From contig OZ360237.1 in the NCBI GenBank assembly GCA_977017645.1, forward strand, positions 8,742,001 through 8,806,000: DNA of 64,000 nucleotides, written 5' to 3'. The stretch comes from Torpedo marmorata (taxonomy: Eukaryota). The translations under genes and the position numbers were made by a program. Shown in pieces: positions 61,220 through 64,000 of this stretch; position 1 is the first letter of the stretch, and each line of letters starts with the position of its first letter. The notes under the pieces are model-generated. The model worked only from the letters and a program-made list of their open reading frames with translations, ran no database searches and was not told the DNA's origin.

Positions 61220-62345
61220 AGCACCAGCATTTATTGCCCATCATTAATTTCCCTAGAGAAGGTGGTGGTGAACTGTTTTCTTGAACTGCCATAGCGCTCC
61301 TGTTGATACTCCTTCTGTGCTATTAGGCAATGAGTTCCAGGTTAGTGACCCAGTCATGATAAGGGAATGACTGTGTTCGTTCAAGTCAGGATGGTGTCTT
61401 GGTGTGGAACTTGCAGGTGTGTGCAAGTCAGGATGGTGTCTTGGTGTGGAACTTGCAGGTGTGTTCAAGTCAGGATGGTGTCTTGGTGTGGAACTTGCAG
61501 GTGTGTGCAAGTCAGGATGGTGTCTTGGTGTGGAACTTGCAGGTGTGTGCAAGTCAGGATGGTGTCTTGGTGTGGAACTTGCAGGTGTGTTCAAGTCAGG
61601 ATGGTGTCTTGGTGTGGAACTTGCAGGTGTGTTCAAGTCAGGATGGTGTCTTGGTGTGGAACTTGCAGGTGTGTTCAAGTCAGGATGGTGTCTTGGTGTG
61701 GAACTTGCAGGTGTGTGCAAGTCAGGATGGTGTCTTGGTGTGGAACTTGCAGGTGTGTGCAAGTCAGGATGGTGTCTTGGTGTGGAACTTGCAGGTGTGT
61801 TCAAGTCAGGATGGTGTCTTGGTGTGGAACTTGCAGGTGTGTTCAAGTCAGGATGGTGTCTTGGTGTGGAACTTGCAGGTGTGTGCAAGTCAGGATGGTG
61901 TCTTGGTGTGGAACTTGCAGGTGTGTTCAAGTCAGGATGGTGTCTTGGTGTGGAACTTGCAGGTGTGTGCAAGTCAGGATGGTGTCTTGGTGTGGAACTT
62001 GCAGGTGTGTGCAAGCTTCATCCTCTGTTTGCCTTTGTTCCTCTATGCCATAAAACCCATAAAAGCCATAAGGTTAGTGGGGAAATTCGAGAAATGATCA
62101 GTGTTGTTGCAGTGGAGTGGAGAGGTGGCACACTTTGCCTCCATGTGCATTGGTAATGAAGTGAGTGAATGCTATGATTGTGGATGGGGTGCCAAACTAT
62201 CAGCTCTGTCTTGGATGTCACTGAACTTCTTGAAAGAAATGGAAGCTTCCTTATCTACTGTATTCCTGACGAAAGTAGTTGATGATGGAATGACTTTGGG
62301 AATCAGGTGATGAGTCCCTCAAAGCAGGCTATCAGCCTTTGACCA
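61220..62345 (-). mobile_element. Old CR1/L2-group LINE 3' relic hosting the minisatellite
   Basis: Minus-strand TGSLTWNSLPNS...QFKKTVHHHLL followed by gggcaataaatgctgg; decayed LINE-like sequence continues right of the array. Confidence 0.6.
61382..62015. repeat. Minisatellite, 15 x 42 bp
   Basis: Unit caagtcaggatggtgtcttggtgtggaacttgcaggtgtgt(g/t); 630 bp divided by 42 gives 15 units; only the last base varies. Confidence 0.97.
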
Positions 62346-62382
62346 GATCTTTTATGCCCCTACCCCTCCTTCATATCAAATA

Positions 62383-62782
62383 GCCCCTTTTACACAGCCA
62401 CTTCAATGCGGGAATATTGCGCCTTTATTATGCAACACCTTCTGTGTAAAAGGTACGAACACGGAATGGGGGTGGGGGTCATTGTAGTCCCGCCTTTAAG
62501 CCGGCAGCAGAGGTAGTCACAGCGCCGAATTGACATCTGTGTAAAAAGGGAAATCCGGCAAGCCGGGACCAGGATGGGAAAGGATGTGTATGTGTACGTT
62601 ATACATCACACTTGATGCCACAAGTCCCGCATCCTTTGCTCCCCGAATGCCGCCTTGCTGTGTAAAATGACACACTGGCCCAGCATTATGCCGGCGTTGT
62701 TTGGTTCAGTGTAAACAAGCAAAGCCGGCTTATGACGGGTCTTCTTTACGGCAGTATTGCGGGATCTCTGTGTAAGAAGGGT
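62383..62782. mobile_element. Putative MITE (possibly PIF/Harbinger-like), about 400 bp
   Basis: Left end gccccttttacacag, right end ctgtgtaagaaggg; internal ctgtgtaaaa repeats at about 62442, 62537 and 62658; CpG-rich; TSD unclear. Confidence 0.55.
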
Positions 62783-63070
62783 GAAAGACTGAATGGATGC
62801 ACCAATGGGAATATTATTGATTTGCACAGGTAGTTGGTAAGACACCATCTTGTATGGATCAATTTCAACACCACTGAGGGAAACCATAGAATATCATTAA
62901 GTATCTAGGAAATATCAGATGACCAAAACAAGTCATCGTTCTGATTCACTTCCCATTGTGGCACCCTGAACAGGATAAATTGAAGCAGTTTGTTCACAAT
63001 GAATTACAATGTTACAAATGTTTTTAAATTATGCAGGATTTTCAGTTATTCTTCATTTTTTTTAGATGAA

Positions 63071-63329
63071 TTTTTTTTTTAGACATACAGCAAGGTAACA
63101 GGCCATTTCGGCCCACGAGTCCGTGCTGCCCAATTTACACCCCATTAACCTACACCCCCGGTACGTTTTGAACGGTGGGAGGAAACCGGAGTCTCCAGAG
63201 AAAACCCACGCAGATACGGGGAGAACGTACAAACTCCTTACAGACAGCACAGGAGTCGAACCTCGGTCCGATCCCGATCGCTGGCGCTGTAAAGGCGTTG
63301 CGCTAACCACTACGCCAACCATTCCGCCC
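63071..63329 (-). mobile_element. V-SINE (HE1-like), near full length with poly(A)
   Basis: Reverse complement of the 22463-22726 family; B-box ggttcgactcc on the minus strand. Confidence 0.9.
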
Positions 63330-64000
63330 TTGAAAATACAGGGCAAGTAGAGGTGAATCTACCTTGTAAGCTAATGAGATGCCTCATCTCAGAAATGATA
63401 TAAGGCTATGAAGAAGCTTTTTCTAAATGTCTTTTAAAAATTTGTCCCTCTGCAATTCTTTTTGAAAAATTCCATCCATTTATCTTTTCAGGGATATATA
63501 TATATATATATATACCACTTGATGGGGCATTTATTCAGGGAGGTTAGAAAGATCTCATATTTCATGATAGATCTGAGATTATAGTCCACTGTATTCCTGA
63601 TCAGGTTTCAAACTTCCAACCAGCAGAACCACGGAGTGCACTAATGTCGGCATCGTTGAACAACAGACTGGGCTTAGCTGTGATATTTTCCATAGCTCAA
63701 TGCATTGCTGACATTGTCTTGGCTTATATGTGAAGAATGACTGGCTCCATGGGTGAGGCAGCCACAGAATCATTTGCCACCAGTCAATTCCTGCCGCAGG
63801 AGAGGGAAGAAGATTGAGGAGGGGTGGGTGTGGCAAGAAGGATCAGAGAAGGTAAAAGTTTCTCATGTTTCTTGTATGAAATAGGGGCATCTCCATGCTG
63901 CCAAATTGATAACAATCTCACTTTTAGTTTATTTGGTAGGTATTTGCATGTGAGCAATATCCAACTGCTATCCCTTCATGCTCTGCCTATATCTGATTTG

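Larger units (their letters stand above)
2487..64000 (+). other. SOX6: Probable large SOX6 intron (no further exon recognised)
   Basis: Follows the GT donor and is TE-rich. The expected next exon (about DSSCMEKLLSKDWKEK) was not seen by eye. SoxD genes are known for very long introns. Confidence 0.65.

Noticed and set aside
61253-62156. Four long overlapping ORFs (228-253 aa) and a CRISPR-like look
   Set aside because: They are products of the 42-bp tandem repeat. There are no unique spacers and no cas genes, and the context is a eukaryotic intron.

Overview
AT-rich vertebrate genomic DNA, most likely from a cartilaginous fish (shark or ray), inferred from the repeat repertoire. It contains one recognisable host coding exon, a 211-nt internal SOX6 exon on the + strand (2276-2486). 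The rest is consistent with large SOX6 introns; I did not recognise the next exon. The introns are dense in transposon relics: Rex1/Babar LINEs, L1-clade LINE 3' ends with clean target-site duplications (TSDs), CR1 (HER1-like) LINEs with partner tRNA-derived V-SINEs (HE1-like), a Deu-domain SINE relic, Penelope-like elements (RT + GIY-YIG), a solo LTR, hAT and Tc2-like MITEs, and a 15 x 42-bp minisatellite. Most ORFs in the supplied track are TE fragments or spurious. The most interesting signal is a dispersed Penelope terminal repeat (about a dozen loci, three with TSDs). It carries a minimal hammerhead-ribozyme-like motif with a non-canonical U3 core, and two copies show a U3-A8 substitution of the C3-G8 pair. 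Also notable are an ~850-bp CpG-rich non-coding element with a Rex1-type tail and several multi-layer nested insertions. I saw no prokaryotic-type system. All family names come from motif recognition, not database searches.
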